A program made the translations under genes and the position numbers. A model generated the notes under the pieces. The model was given only the letters and a program-made list of their open reading frames with translations, did no database searches and had not been told where the DNA came from. From IMG/VR virus record IMGVR_UViG_3300024346_000008, positions 32,001-96,000 of that record: DNA of 64,000 nt; one strand, given 5' to 3'. The number at the start of each line of letters is the position of its first letter. Position 1 is the stretch's first letter. The DNA comes from a virus. Positions 47,437 through 58,163 of this stretch are shown here, one piece after another.

Positions 47437-49936
47437 TCTGGTTAATTTCTGTTGGGATATTTCCCCACTTAAGAGCAGTATAAAAGTCATCCAACTTATT
47501 CCGCAATTCATTTTCAAATAACGCATCGGTATCAATATACTCCGTAATCATATCCACAATTTGCGGAGGGTCTTGATATCCCTTAATTGCCAATGCATCA
47601 ATGTGCAAAGGATTATCCTTCAGATACACATATTTAATCTTTGCGCCATCGGCAATGGGTTCATATCGTGTTTGAATATTGAAATGCGTCAACAATCTGT
47701 TATACACAATTGCTGCCTTAATATGTGCAGGAGTTCCCTTCTTGAATCTATTAATACCACCGCCGCCCTCACCTGCGGCAAATTGACTAATATTATTTGC
47801 TGAAGTATTTCGTGCCACTTCCAAATAATGACGAGTTTTAATAGATGTTTTCAACGCAAGAATCTTATCATCTAATTCTTGCTTATCTACTCTACCCAAA
47901 ATATCCTTCAACATTTGTGTCATGAACTCCCGAAATGCTTTAGGAAACGATGATCTTACGACATCCAATCCCTTTACAACGAGTTTACTGACATTCTGGC
48001 GGGTTTCCAAGTCATATACCTTATCCAACGCATATCGTTTCTTGGCGACCCAGAATCCCGTCTTGGCGACACTTTCTCCCTTAATGTGGAACTTATGACT
48101 ATCACAATTGAACATACGCTTTGCCATAGAATTATAAAATGTATTCAACGTACTTTCCATTTCATAGGCAATATTAATCGTAGAAGTAAGGTCATCTGTA
48201 CTTCCTTCAACAAACAATGGTTTTGCTGGGAAGTATACCGAGTCAGTGTCAACATATACACAATGATCTTTCTGTTCACCCGTTGCCTTTTCATACTTCT
48301 TATTGATAAACTTTGCAGTAGTCTTAATTACATCTTGTCCCGTCAAAGTTACTGCTGCAGCATTGTCAACGTCATAGAAACGGAATACGGGCAATCCCAA
48401 CACACCATACAATGAATTCAAGAAAATCTTCTGAATGTGCTGACGCTGGTCGTAATATGCTGCTTGGACCTTATCACCTTCATTTGTATACTTCTTCATA
48501 AGATTCTTATATTCTACACGTTTGGCAAACCATTCTTCTAATACCTCTGGAATGATTCCTTTGGCAGTCGTAGTGTATAATACACCGTTAGATGCAATCG
48601 TAAGATTATTTTCTGTTAGGAAATTAACAAATGCGTCATATTCCAATTCCACCGTCGTATCATTACCCATTTCTTGTACAACATAGGCAACAATTTCTTT
48701 ACGGAAATGTTTTTCCATATCAAAGTTCAAGACCTTAGCAATCTTGGTTTCTGGACTGATATTGAGGCTCATAATAATCGATGGATATAGCGATTGTAAG
48801 TCCAATGAATAAATCCAATCATACAATCCAGGTACAGGTTCTTGAACATATGCCCCCGCAAACCCTTCTTCTCCACGATCCAATGCCTCCATCTTTTCCT
48901 TGCTATCCTTTGGTTTATCGGTCACGATAATTCCCTTACGATGTAGATAGGTAACGATAGTTCCTTCAAGGAATCTGGAACTCATACCATAATCCTCATA
49001 CGGCACATGTCCAATGTGACAAATACCACGCACCAAATCGATCAGATTCAGTTTCTTATCTAGATCAACAATAATGCGCACGTCCTGTAAGTTATACTCA
49101 ATGAATTTATCCAAATCATCTCGGAACAAATCATCAAGAGAACCTTCGTAGTCTACCTTGCCCATACCCACTTCCAATCGTCCAATCGTATCAAGACGAT
49201 AGTTGGGTTGTTGGGTATATGTGAACTTCTTATACAGGTCCAAATAATCCAACGACGATACGCCAGCAATTTTATATCGTTCCATGCGTTCAGAATACTT
49301 TACTCGACCAATAGGACTCAATCGATTTGCCGTACCTTTTCCACATACTTGACGAATACGATTATACAGATAGGGCACATCAAATCCGTTACTGTTCCAT
49401 CCACTGATAATGGTTGGACAGATTTGTTCATATGAATTAATAAACTTATGGAGTAGGTCTACCTCATCGGCACAAAAGTGTACGGTTGCTTCGTCCGATT
49501 CACGGTCAGTATACAACTGGCGTTTATCCAACACAAAGACTTCATACTTCTTTACAAGAGGATCATATAACGCAATCGATGTAATTTCATTGTTTGGATT
49601 CTCAGTATTGGGAATGCCATTTTCCATTGACACCTCAATGTCAAAGAATAATGTGATATTTCCCTCAGACGAGGTATCTTCGTTTAGATATAAATCAGTT
49701 AGTACGCGAGTTTCCTTTGGAAGATCGCTCTCAAATACATTAGGATTTCCACGAATGAAACGTCTCGTTTTACTGAGGCGTTCTCCCGTCATACTGATAT
49801 ATTTACCCTTGGGGTCACGAACATATGCGTAATTAAAGTCGGAGAGCGGGAGTGTAATAAGTCCCTGTGCATCATCCCAAATATAAACTGTTTGTTCGTC
49901 GGACGTTGAATCGATAAAAATATTTTGATACGCCAT
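47411..49936 (-). CDS. family B DNA polymerase (gp43-like)
   Basis: FDIE exo I, DLQSLYPS, KIFLNSLYG, YVDTDS, KKRY. Confidence 0.97.
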   Translation of the reverse strand: MAYQNIFIDSTSDEQTVYIWDDAQGLITLPLSDFNYAYVRDPKGKYISMTGERLSKTRRFIRGNPNVFESDLPKETRVLTDLYLNEDTSSEGNITLFFDIEVSMENGIPNTENPNNEITSIALYDPLVKKYEVFVLDKRQLYTDRESDEATVHFCADEVDLLHKFINSYEQICPTIISGWNSNGFDVPYLYNRIRQVCGKGTANRLSPIGRVKYSERMERYKIAGVSSLDYLDLYKKFTYTQQPNYRLDTIGRLEVGMGKVDYEGSLDDLFRDDLDKFIEYNLQDVRIIVDLDKKLNLIDLVRGICHIGHVPYEDYGMSSRFLEGTIVTYLHRKGIIVTDKPKDSKEKMEALDRGEEGFAGAYVQEPVPGLYDWIYSLDLQSLYPSIIMSLNISPETKIAKVLNFDMEKHFRKEIVAYVVQEMGNDTTVELEYDAFVNFLTENNLTIASNGVLYTTTAKGIIPEVLEEWFAKRVEYKNLMKKYTNEGDKVQAAYYDQRQHIQKIFLNSLYGVLGLPVFRFYDVDNAAAVTLTGQDVIKTTAKFINKKYEKATGEQKDHCVYVDTDSVYFPAKPLFVEGSTDDLTSTINIAYEMESTLNTFYNSMAKRMFNCDSHKFHIKGESVAKTGFWVAKKRYALDKVYDLETRQNVSKLVVKGLDVVRSSFPKAFREFMTQMLKDILGRVDKQELDDKILALKTSIKTRHYLEVARNTSANNISQFAAGEGGGGINRFKKGTPAHIKAAIVYNRLLTHFNIQTRYEPIADGAKIKYVYLKDNPLHIDALAIKGYQDPPQIVDMITEYIDTDALFENELRNKLDDFYTALKWGNIPTEINQNATDFFSF

Positions 49937-49966
49937 GTAACCTCTTAAATGAGAAGAACTATCTTA

Positions 49967-49995
49967 AGTATATATCACCACGGTACTTATGTCAA
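49967..49995 (-). promoter_or_regulatory. sigma70-type promoter upstream of polB
   Basis: TTGACA-N17-TATACT. Confidence 0.72.
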
Positions 49996-50411
49996 GTCCC
50001 TGTGGAACCAAATCCACCAGTTCCTCGTTCGTCCGCCGACACTAATTCATCTACTTCTTCGACTTTGAAGTTTACGGTGGGGATGAGAATAAGTTGTGCA
50101 ATCTTTTCTCCAACCATAATACGTTCATATCCATCCGTGGAGTTATGTAAGGCAATCATTATTTCTCCGATATATCCATTATCAATTACACCGGCCACCA
50201 CGAATAAATTTCGTTTAGTAGCAACTGATGAACGGTCCCGAAGCAATCCACCATATCCCTCTGGGAACTGGATGGCAATGCCTGTAGATACTAACTTTGT
50301 CTGTCCTGCCATCAAAACCACTTCCTCGGAGGCATACAAATCATACCCCAAATCACCTGCATGTGCCTTATGTGGCAATACTGAGTTTTCTGATAACCTT
50401 TTAGCTTTCAT
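49992..50411 (-). CDS. dut: trimeric dUTPase
   Basis: GYDL, RSS, GVIDNGYIGE, AQL, RGTGGFGSTG. Confidence 0.95.
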   Translation of the reverse strand: MKAKRLSENSVLPHKAHAGDLGYDLYASEEVVLMAGQTKLVSTGIAIQFPEGYGGLLRDRSSVATKRNLFVVAGVIDNGYIGEIMIALHNSTDGYERIMVGEKIAQLILIPTVNFKVEEVDELVSADERGTGGFGSTGT

Positions 50412-50789
50412 TTATACTGTCTCCTGAAGTTTCTTTAGTGTTTCGTACATAGCATCCTGAATAAATCCTTTCATAGTTTCCTCGTCTCCACCGCCAACTT
50501 TTTCAATTATTTGTTGACTACGACAAAATACCTTGAAATGTGGGACTCCTTGAATTCCCCATGTTTCATTACAATAAATTTTTTGTTTTTCTGGCGCCCA
50601 TGCATTTATCTTAAAGAATTGAATATGTGCGCCTTTTTCTTTATAAAAATTAGCAACCGTTTCGTAGTTCGGCATCGTTGCCTTACATGGCCCACACGTT
50701 TCTCCATAAAACATAATAACATACATATCATTATATGTTTCTAATGAAACTCCGTTGGTCATTTCTTTCATGGTAATTTCAGTAACCAT
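50412..50789 (-). CDS. thioredoxin family protein
   Basis: CGPC, GVPHF. Confidence 0.85.
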   Translation of the reverse strand: MVTEITMKEMTNGVSLETYNDMYVIMFYGETCGPCKATMPNYETVANFYKEKGAHIQFFKINAWAPEKQKIYCNETWGIQGVPHFKVFCRSQQIIEKVGGGDEETMKGFIQDAMYETLKKLQETV

Positions 50790-50796
50790 ATTTTCC

Positions 50797-51174
50797 TCAC
50801 TTAATATAACGTTTTAATGCTGCTTTTATATCCTTAATATTATTATTAATTTCATGTTCCCAGAAATATAATACTTTATAACCCAGTTGTTCCAACTCAC
50901 GCTTTCGTTTTTCGTCACGTTTCCAAATTTCTGCTGCAGTTTTTTTCTTTCCACGATTGTAATAATCTGCGGAATATCTGGCTGGATTACAGTGCCAATA
51001 ATCTCCGTAACATTCTATAATATACTTCCCATCAATCAAAAAGTCAACATTGTAATTATTAATTGAAGTTTGTGATTCATATGGAAGATTCATTGAATGC
51101 AATAAACTCATGATTTTTTGTTCAATTGCATTCAACGAACTTTTTTCCTTTTTTACTTCCTTTTTACGCCCCAT
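50797..51174 (-). CDS. Vsr/DUF559-like endonuclease
   Basis: VDFLI...IECYGDYWH...RD...GYKVLYFWEHEI. Confidence 0.8.
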   Translation of the reverse strand: MGRKKEVKKEKSSLNAIEQKIMSLLHSMNLPYESQTSINNYNVDFLIDGKYIIECYGDYWHCNPARYSADYYNRGKKKTAAEIWKRDEKRKRELEQLGYKVLYFWEHEINNNIKDIKAALKRYIK

Positions 51175-51433
51175 CTCTCGCTGCATTAATGGCGGCAATA
51201 TACTTTTGTTTTGCTTGTACTCCTACAAATTTTTCAATTAGTACATTATCCTTTTCAATGATAACGGTGGGAACGGTTCGAATAGAATATAACTGTGCAA
51301 TAGACGGCTTCTCTTCTACGTCGATGGAAATAAATGTTGCATCGGGAGTCATGTCCTCTAGCTCCCGAAATACAGGAGCTAGAGCCTTACATGGACCACA
51401 CCACGGTGCGCTGAATTTAGTGATAGTAATCAT
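51164..51433 (-). CDS. thioredoxin
   Basis: FSAPWCGPCK, VPT. Confidence 0.92.
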   Translation of the reverse strand: MITITKFSAPWCGPCKALAPVFRELEDMTPDATFISIDVEEKPSIAQLYSIRTVPTVIIEKDNVLIEKFVGVQAKQKYIAAINAARDGA

Positions 51434-53280
51434 ACGACTTCACACCCGCCGCCACCACAGGCAACTTCACCCGATAAATCAGTTGCATCATCTAATTCAA
51501 CAACCTGACTTAAATCAATGTTATGCAGGTTATTTACCAACTGGTCATACTCTTCTTTAGTGCAATCGGTAAAAGGAGCTTGAATATAAGAGCCACCATC
51601 ATAGGGCAGAACACTTAACGCGGTAAAATTTTCCTTATTCGCCCACATCCATTCTCCGACTTCTTCCCATTCATTTGGTTTAATCGTAACGGTAACAGAT
51701 ACGTTGTTCTTATTTTCGCCCTTACGATGACCGGGCTTCACCCATTCCTTCCATACCTTACTGACACGGGCAAGAAGGTCTAGTGCGGTTTCCTGACGAG
51801 TTACAGCCCCTACTGGAGCCTTCTGTGGAACAGAGATAACAGCCTGTTGATTTGGCTTGAAGTATTCATCTTCCAATAGTTCTGGATGATTGATTAGTAA
51901 ATACGTATAAATGCTTTCGTTCTTACCCACGCGGATACGACGAATATAATAATCATTGTGCCACGCATGAATGCCCGACGAGGAACCTAACACTAGTGAC
52001 GAAGTACCACTAGGCTTGACGGTTGTTGTACGAGCGGCCTTATTGATACCAATCATTCCAGCAACTCGTTCGTTCTCTGCCTTCACCACATTTGCTGCTT
52101 CCTTCATATCCAACTTCAATACTACCCCAGACGCAATACCCGTCATACCGACACCAATCAATGCCTCACGTTCGGTGGTACGTTTCCAGATATCACGAAG
52201 ATAATGGAAATTGGTATAACTTGCCTGCAACGTTCCGATAAATGCCGCTGCCTTTGCACGGGCGTTATAATCGTCTTGGTCAATAATATCCGATGCATTA
52301 ATTTCACAGAGATTACAGAACTGGAACGGACGAAGTGAAATTTCAGCACATGGATTCAATCCCCATGCCGCATCATTCGTAAAGAAGAATCCGGGTTCAC
52401 CAGAACCACTCAATTCAATCTTCTTCCACAAGTCAAGGAAGATTTCCTTTTCAATCTTATGACGAACAATCACCGCAGAATTATTTGCACGACCACGCTG
52501 TGCTTCATTCTCCCACCAGTTGCCGAACTTACAGGTTAGCATATCGTCGTCGTCCAAATCAAACAACGCAATCATTGCCGACCGACGAATACCACCAGAC
52601 AATACTGCATCTGCGATATAACACATAATGTCATGCACTTCCAGTGTGGTGAGTTGTTCACCATTATTCTTACGGTCCAATACCTTTTGAATATTGTGAA
52701 GGCAATCCTTCAACGGTTCAGCGCCTGGCGCCTTCCCGCCGGCCGTAATCAACATTGCACCCTTTGGACGAATGTCACGGAAATCAAACAACGGATATGC
52801 TTTGCCCTTCATATATGCGGTCACCAACACCTTCACGGCGTCCGCCCATCCTTCGATGCTATCCGCAACAAGGTAACGACGAGACTTAGTAGGCTTATTA
52901 ATTTCTGGGAGTTTTTCTACGTGCTGACGTTGCACGGAATACCCGACACCAGTTCCCGACAACAATAGGAACATAATTTCACTGAATGCATCACTATGGT
53001 CTACGGGAAGAAAGCAACAATTGTATAAACGAGTATTGTTTAAATCAACTGGCTTTCCCGCAAACTGTAAGGAACGCATTGACGGGAGAATTTTCTTATC
53101 ATATACAAATTTATATGCGGCATCAATTTCCTCTTTTAACTGAGGGAACTTCTCTAGATGCATGTTTTTGTTTCTATCAACTAACTCTGTCCACGTTTCT
53201 CTACGTTGCTTGTCTGGTACGTACTTTGAGTATTTCATAAAAGTCGTAATGTCCGACAATAATTTTGATTCTAGCTGCAT
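51430..53280 (-). CDS. nrdJ: class II (B12-dependent) ribonucleotide reductase
   Basis: LYNC, GGIRRSA, NPCAEI...CNL, VKPSGT, C-terminal CGGGGC; no small subunit in window. Confidence 0.88.
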   Translation of the reverse strand: MQLESKLLSDITTFMKYSKYVPDKQRRETWTELVDRNKNMHLEKFPQLKEEIDAAYKFVYDKKILPSMRSLQFAGKPVDLNNTRLYNCCFLPVDHSDAFSEIMFLLLSGTGVGYSVQRQHVEKLPEINKPTKSRRYLVADSIEGWADAVKVLVTAYMKGKAYPLFDFRDIRPKGAMLITAGGKAPGAEPLKDCLHNIQKVLDRKNNGEQLTTLEVHDIMCYIADAVLSGGIRRSAMIALFDLDDDDMLTCKFGNWWENEAQRGRANNSAVIVRHKIEKEIFLDLWKKIELSGSGEPGFFFTNDAAWGLNPCAEISLRPFQFCNLCEINASDIIDQDDYNARAKAAAFIGTLQASYTNFHYLRDIWKRTTEREALIGVGMTGIASGVVLKLDMKEAANVVKAENERVAGMIGINKAARTTTVKPSGTSSLVLGSSSGIHAWHNDYYIRRIRVGKNESIYTYLLINHPELLEDEYFKPNQQAVISVPQKAPVGAVTRQETALDLLARVSKVWKEWVKPGHRKGENKNNVSVTVTIKPNEWEEVGEWMWANKENFTALSVLPYDGGSYIQAPFTDCTKEEYDQLVNNLHNIDLSQVVELDDATDLSGEVACGGGGCEVV

Positions 53281-53330
53281 TTCGGGCAATCTCCGAGCGG
53301 TTTAGGTTCATTGGTTCTAATAATTATCAC

Positions 53331-54716
53331 TCACTCTTCTGAAAAATCATCGTGGAGTTCAGATAATTTCTTTGCAAGAGTCTTTTTCAACATACCTTCT
53401 CCCGCCTGCATTTGCTTCTTCAACAGAATGCCCTTGGAAGAATTTTCATCATAAATTTCAATCTTTCCAAGACCAGTGTTCATATATACGGGCAACGTAA
53501 CACCATCAACACCGAATCGATTCTTCATAACGTGCGCACGGCCCGTGTGATTTGCTTTATCTTCCAGTTTCCGCGACAATGAAATCACCAAGTCGGCGGT
53601 CATAATTTTCTGATAGGATTCAGCAATCTTATCGGCCTGAATAACTTCATCTTGAATACTACTGCGTTGGGTCTGTGAAGCAGTCCAACATGGAATTCCC
53701 ATTTCACCAGACATACCACGAATTTCTTCGTAGATTGCTCCAAGTTCTTGGTGTCGAGCGTCAACACGATCCACTGATCGCATAAGGTCTGCGTAATCAA
53801 TCAACATCAAATCGGGCTTCAGTTTATTACTGATCAGATGGTCAATGTGTGCCCGAATGGTATGAACCGTAATAGAACGTGCTGGATAATACTTAATGAT
53901 AATATCACCCGTTACACCCTCTACTGCGTCACGAACCATCTGAGGATGCTGTGGAACATTTCCAGGTTCAATACCAGTAAAGATGGTATCATATCGAAGT
54001 CCAACATAATTCTCGTTCAACTCCAAGGTATAATACACCACACGTTTTCCGGCCTTTGCTGCGTTTGCTCCAAGTGTAGCAAGTGCCCAACTCTTACCAA
54101 TACCAGACGGTGCGGCAATAACACCCAGTTCACCAGCACCCAATCCACCGCCAATCAATTGGTCAATAGAATCCCATCCCGTAGGAACTACGATACGAGA
54201 AGTACCAGATAGTCGAATACCAATATCCTCTCTCCAATTATGACCAATATTACGAGGTTGACCAGCCTTCATTGCCCCATCAATCAAACTCTTAATTTCA
54301 CCATACTGTCCCATCTGCAGCAAATCGACAGAACGAATAATAGCAGATTTAATTGCTTGATTTTTTGCAAAGTCTAGAAAACTATCACGAATATATTCCA
54401 AATCATCGTCATTCTTTCGTTGGAATGCCGCTCTCAACTGGTCTTTAATGGCAATCTTTAACACATCATCATTAACCACATCCAACTTCACCTTAAATAC
54501 TTCTAGCGTGGGTAACGCCTTATAATCGGCAAAATAATCTATGGTCGTATCAACAATCCACTGACCCGCATTGGATTCAAAGAATTTAGGATTTAATACA
54601 TCAAGTGATTGCTGTAAAAATTCCGTGGACGACAACAAACTCGCCAATACTTTCGCCTGAAATGTTGGTCCGTATTTTGCGAGATTGTCTACTATCGTAT
54701 CATGCTGTGTTGTCAT
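53331..54716 (-). CDS. replicative helicase (DnaB/gp41-like)
   Basis: APSGIGKS, TLEL, IDYADL, TASQ, KNRFG. Confidence 0.93.
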   Translation of the reverse strand: MTTQHDTIVDNLAKYGPTFQAKVLASLLSSTEFLQQSLDVLNPKFFESNAGQWIVDTTIDYFADYKALPTLEVFKVKLDVVNDDVLKIAIKDQLRAAFQRKNDDDLEYIRDSFLDFAKNQAIKSAIIRSVDLLQMGQYGEIKSLIDGAMKAGQPRNIGHNWREDIGIRLSGTSRIVVPTGWDSIDQLIGGGLGAGELGVIAAPSGIGKSWALATLGANAAKAGKRVVYYTLELNENYVGLRYDTIFTGIEPGNVPQHPQMVRDAVEGVTGDIIIKYYPARSITVHTIRAHIDHLISNKLKPDLMLIDYADLMRSVDRVDARHQELGAIYEEIRGMSGEMGIPCWTASQTQRSSIQDEVIQADKIAESYQKIMTADLVISLSRKLEDKANHTGRAHVMKNRFGVDGVTLPVYMNTGLGKIEIYDENSSKGILLKKQMQAGEGMLKKTLAKKLSELHDDFSEE

Positions 54717-55752
54717 TATTAAATCTGCTAAGAGGAATAAAATTCTGCGATAACCAACTATCGTAGTTGGGGAATGCTTGTAGTAATCTAGACTTCATCA
54801 TCAACTTTGTCAAGTCTACCTTCCGCAATGAGGCTTGTGTCGTCTGGAATCTATTGACTACCTTCATTTTAGCATCAATCGACATGATACTTTCGTGGAG
54901 ATTCATTAATGTAATATTTCGTTCAACTATATCTTCATTATTCAGAATATTCTCAATCATCTTGGGAACCTTCTTTATATTTGCATATTTATTGCGAATC
55001 ATGTCTACCGAAATTTCTGCTGTTGGGTCTGCAATTTCTGGTACATACTTTTTCAAGGTAGCTTCCCCAACACCCTTCACTCCATCAATATTATCACTCT
55101 TATCACCATTTAAGGCACGGAAGAAGTGAAAGTGTTTTGGATGAATACCGTAATCTTCCAAAATTACTTGGTCACTAAATGTTTTCTTCTTGATAGGATT
55201 ATATACCTTAATATTTTCTGAGGCAAGTTGGAAGAAATCCTTGTCGGTGGAATAAATAATACTATCTCCACCTTCCGCAGTAACCAACTGCGATAGATAT
55301 GCAATCACATCATCTGCTTCTACATTGTCTAATGCAAAAATAGTAACGGGCAAACATTCCAGCATTTCAACCAGCGACACCAACTGCCATTTCATATTTT
55401 CTTTTTCTTGTTCGTCCGTCGTTAGATCATAACTCCGATTCAATCGAACCGGAGGTTTGCGATTTGCCTTATACTGCGGGTAAATCTTTCTACGACTTTG
55501 GCTCCCACCCTTTCCATCAAAAACAATGATGGTCCGGGTGGGCTTGAACGTGCGAATAGCAAGTCCCAAACTCTTAAAGAATCCAATCATACCACCGATG
55601 TGATTGCCATCTTCATCCATTGAAGGAACTGCTGAATATGATCGGATGAATAGGTTCATAGCATCAACCAACAATACCCGACTGTTATATGTCATGCCTT
55701 GCGGGTCTTCTTCAAACTTCATATTGTGAAAAATATCTTGCAGATTAGCCAT
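54700..55752 (-). CDS. 5'-3' exonuclease / T4 RNase H-like
   Basis: VDAMN, VFDG, YKANR, EADD, STDKDF, GDKSDNI.GV.GVG. Confidence 0.92.
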   Translation of the reverse strand: MANLQDIFHNMKFEEDPQGMTYNSRVLLVDAMNLFIRSYSAVPSMDEDGNHIGGMIGFFKSLGLAIRTFKPTRTIIVFDGKGGSQSRRKIYPQYKANRKPPVRLNRSYDLTTDEQEKENMKWQLVSLVEMLECLPVTIFALDNVEADDVIAYLSQLVTAEGGDSIIYSTDKDFFQLASENIKVYNPIKKKTFSDQVILEDYGIHPKHFHFFRALNGDKSDNIDGVKGVGEATLKKYVPEIADPTAEISVDMIRNKYANIKKVPKMIENILNNEDIVERNITLMNLHESIMSIDAKMKVVNRFQTTQASLRKVDLTKLMMKSRLLQAFPNYDSWLSQNFIPLSRFNNDNTA

Positions 55753-56056
55753 GTAGGATTTCTTTATTGGTTGTTGTAATAGTAGGCGGACAGTTACGAG
55801 TATGTGTTTGTGTGCCACCAGTTGTCCATGTGCCCATCAAGTTTGGTGGATTAACTGTGTAGGTGTGCACAACCTCCCCGTCACGCTTTAAGGGTCCGGT
55901 GGGTTTCAACTGAACCTGAGACTCTGTTTGCATTAACAACCGACGAAGTTCTAATTCGAAATCGTCGCGGTACTGCCCAATAGTGGCGGAGCTACTGTCC
56001 CATGACTTATCATACGCAGACAATGCAATCTGTACAATATCTTCTGGATTATTCAT
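55745..56056 (-). CDS. hypothetical protein
   Basis: Coupled between recA and exonuclease. Confidence 0.5.
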   Translation of the reverse strand: MNNPEDIVQIALSAYDKSWDSSSATIGQYRDDFELELRRLLMQTESQVQLKPTGPLKRDGEVVHTYTVNPPNLMGTWTTGGTQTHTRNCPPTITTTNKEILHG

Positions 56057-57191
56057 CTTCAGTTGCCGCCATAATACTTACATCTTCAGGATCAAATTCA
56101 CTCTGATACTTCATAATCAGTGAATCACAAATCTCACTGTAGAGTACTTGCTTCCGAATAGGATCTGCATCTAAGAACCCTTGAAAGTCCTTGGATTGAA
56201 ACTTCGTTTCTTCTCCCGTAATAGGATCGACATACGCATACCATGCGCCGGCCTGCTTGATCATTTTGTTTTCCTTCAACACCTTCAACCAACTACCCAA
56301 ATCGTCAATACCACGATTAAAGTAAATTTCAAATTCTGCCGTGCGATGCGGCGGTCCAAGACGATTCTTGACAACATTTGCCTTCACCTTCACACCAATC
56401 ACATCACCACTGGAATTACTAATCTTACCGAGCAACGACAATCGAAGACGAGTTGATGCATGGAACGCAATTGCCTTACCACCCGAAGTCGTCCACGGAT
56501 CAGAGAATGCCATTGCATTCATCTTCTGACGAAGCTGATTGGTGAACACCAGTGCAATCCGTTCACGGCCCAACAATCCCGTAATCTTACGCATTGCCTT
56601 ACTGATAATAATTGCCTTATCAGTTGCATATCCATCCTTCCCGAAGTCTGCTTCCATTTCCTTCTTGGTGGATGCGGCAGCAACGGAGTCTACCACGATG
56701 GTAACCAACTTATCCCGTTTCTTGGGGTCTTTACGCACTTCTTCAATAATGGTCGTAATTGCATCGAAGATTTCTTCAACCGTCTGCAACTGGACATATA
56801 CCAACTTATTCATATCGATGCCGACTGCCTTAAAGAACTCCGCATTGACTGCGGTTTCGGTGTCAATAAGAACCCCTACCCCACCCCTTTTCTGCGTGTT
56901 TGCAATCATCTGTGCCCCTATTAGCGACTTACCAGACCCCTCCAACCCAGTAAGTTCGGTAATACGTCCAACAGCAATTCCCCCGTTCGGACGGTTACTA
57001 ATTGCCACATCCAACATGGTTGCGCCCGTTGAAATGAAATCAGTAAAATCGGTTGGCGTTGATTCTCGTCCATCAAGGAAGAAAGCAACTTGGTCACTAT
57101 CTTTGTTCATCTTATTCAAGGAGATTGCAATAAGTTGTGCCAACTCATCACGATCTGGTTCTTGAATAACCTTCTTATCTGTTTTTGCCAT
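56049..57191 (-). CDS. recA: RecA/UvsX recombinase
   Basis: GLEGSGKS, IDTE, VVDSVAA, NQLRQK, TSGGKA, KNRLGPP. Confidence 0.93.
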   Translation of the reverse strand: MAKTDKKVIQEPDRDELAQLIAISLNKMNKDSDQVAFFLDGRESTPTDFTDFISTGATMLDVAISNRPNGGIAVGRITELTGLEGSGKSLIGAQMIANTQKRGGVGVLIDTETAVNAEFFKAVGIDMNKLVYVQLQTVEEIFDAITTIIEEVRKDPKKRDKLVTIVVDSVAAASTKKEMEADFGKDGYATDKAIIISKAMRKITGLLGRERIALVFTNQLRQKMNAMAFSDPWTTSGGKAIAFHASTRLRLSLLGKISNSSGDVIGVKVKANVVKNRLGPPHRTAEFEIYFNRGIDDLGSWLKVLKENKMIKQAGAWYAYVDPITGEETKFQSKDFQGFLDADPIRKQVLYSEICDSLIMKYQSEFDPEDVSIMAATEDE

Positions 57192-57219
57192 AATAGTTTC
57201 CTATAGTATAATAACGTGA

Positions 57220-57263
57220 ATGACCCACTATGTAAATATAGTGGGTCATCCAAGTAAAGTCAA
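57220..57263 (-). promoter_or_regulatory. sigma70 promoter with palindrome over the -10 (recA)
   Basis: TTGACT-N17-TATATT (57235-57263); ATGACCCACTA/TAGTGGGTCAT arms at 57220-57249. Confidence 0.72.
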
Positions 57264-57269
57264 GTGATG

Positions 57270-58064
57270 TTAGTTAAATACTTCGTCAAACTCGTCAATC
57301 ATATCCTTGACTGACGTTGACTTAAGTTCTGCTGACTTAGCTGCCGTGGGTGAGGTGGGCTTTGTAGTAACTTCTTCCTTCACTGGAGCAGCAGTGGGAG
57401 GAGTCTTGGCCGAATCTGGGTCGAGGTATCGTTCCAGAGCAACCTTCAATTCTTCGTATGAGGGTTCCTTGAAAATTGAACGAATGTCGGGCTGATCGGT
57501 GAGAAGCTTCTGAATCTTATCTGCAGAATCCGCAAGTGGCGTCTGATTCGGCTTAGGACGAACCATCGTCTTTGCAAAGTTGGTGTCACTCTTTTCCTGC
57601 GGGATATATTCTACCACAATGTCACGGCCGTTCTGTACGTCAGTGATATCGCCGTAATCGGGGTCAGAGATAATAGACAACAGTTCGGTATATACAATCT
57701 TACCAAACGACATGAAACGAACGCCCTTATCTTCTTCACCACGAACAATGATCGGAACGAATGTACGAAGCTTTGGACGGAACGGACGTGCCTGCTGCCA
57801 ATCATCCTTAGAACCACCTGCCTGCAGTGCGTCTGCAAATTCTACGATGGGGTCACGGTTGCCGTTTGAGGTAGGAGAAAGATGCGTCTTATTACCGAGA
57901 TAATGAAAATATAGTTCAACGAACGGATTTTCCTTGTTATCCTTCCACGGAACAATACGAATAACCGTCTTACCTTCCGTGGGCTTCCATAGCGCATCGC
58001 TACGGTCGTTCTGACGAGTGAACTGGTTGAGCTTAGACTTGAGTGCTGAAATGTTAATTCCCAT
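57270..58064 (-). CDS. single-stranded DNA-binding protein (gp32-like)
   Basis: WKP...IRIVP, FGK, YGDITD...GRD, acidic tail DEFDEVFN. Confidence 0.85.
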   Translation of the reverse strand: MGINISALKSKLNQFTRQNDRSDALWKPTEGKTVIRIVPWKDNKENPFVELYFHYLGNKTHLSPTSNGNRDPIVEFADALQAGGSKDDWQQARPFRPKLRTFVPIIVRGEEDKGVRFMSFGKIVYTELLSIISDPDYGDITDVQNGRDIVVEYIPQEKSDTNFAKTMVRPKPNQTPLADSADKIQKLLTDQPDIRSIFKEPSYEELKVALERYLDPDSAKTPPTAAPVKEEVTTKPTSPTAAKSAELKSTSVKDMIDEFDEVFN

Positions 58065-58112
58065 ACGTGTGTACCTCTTAGAGTTTAGAATGTTTTGTTT
58101 AGTGAGTGTATT

Positions 58113-58153
58113 GCCCACTTTGTAAAGGTAGTGGGCGAACCTTAGTTTGTCAA
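58113..58153 (-). promoter_or_regulatory. sigma70 promoter with palindrome over the -10 (ssb)
   Basis: TTGACA-N17-TACCTT (58125-58153); GCCCACT/AGTGGGC arms at 58113-58136. Confidence 0.68.
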
Positions 58154-58163
58154 GGGGGTATTA

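Noticed and set aside
47411-57191. Inteins or introns in polB, nrdJ, helicase, recA
   Set aside because: All are uninterrupted, of normal length, and show no intein motifs
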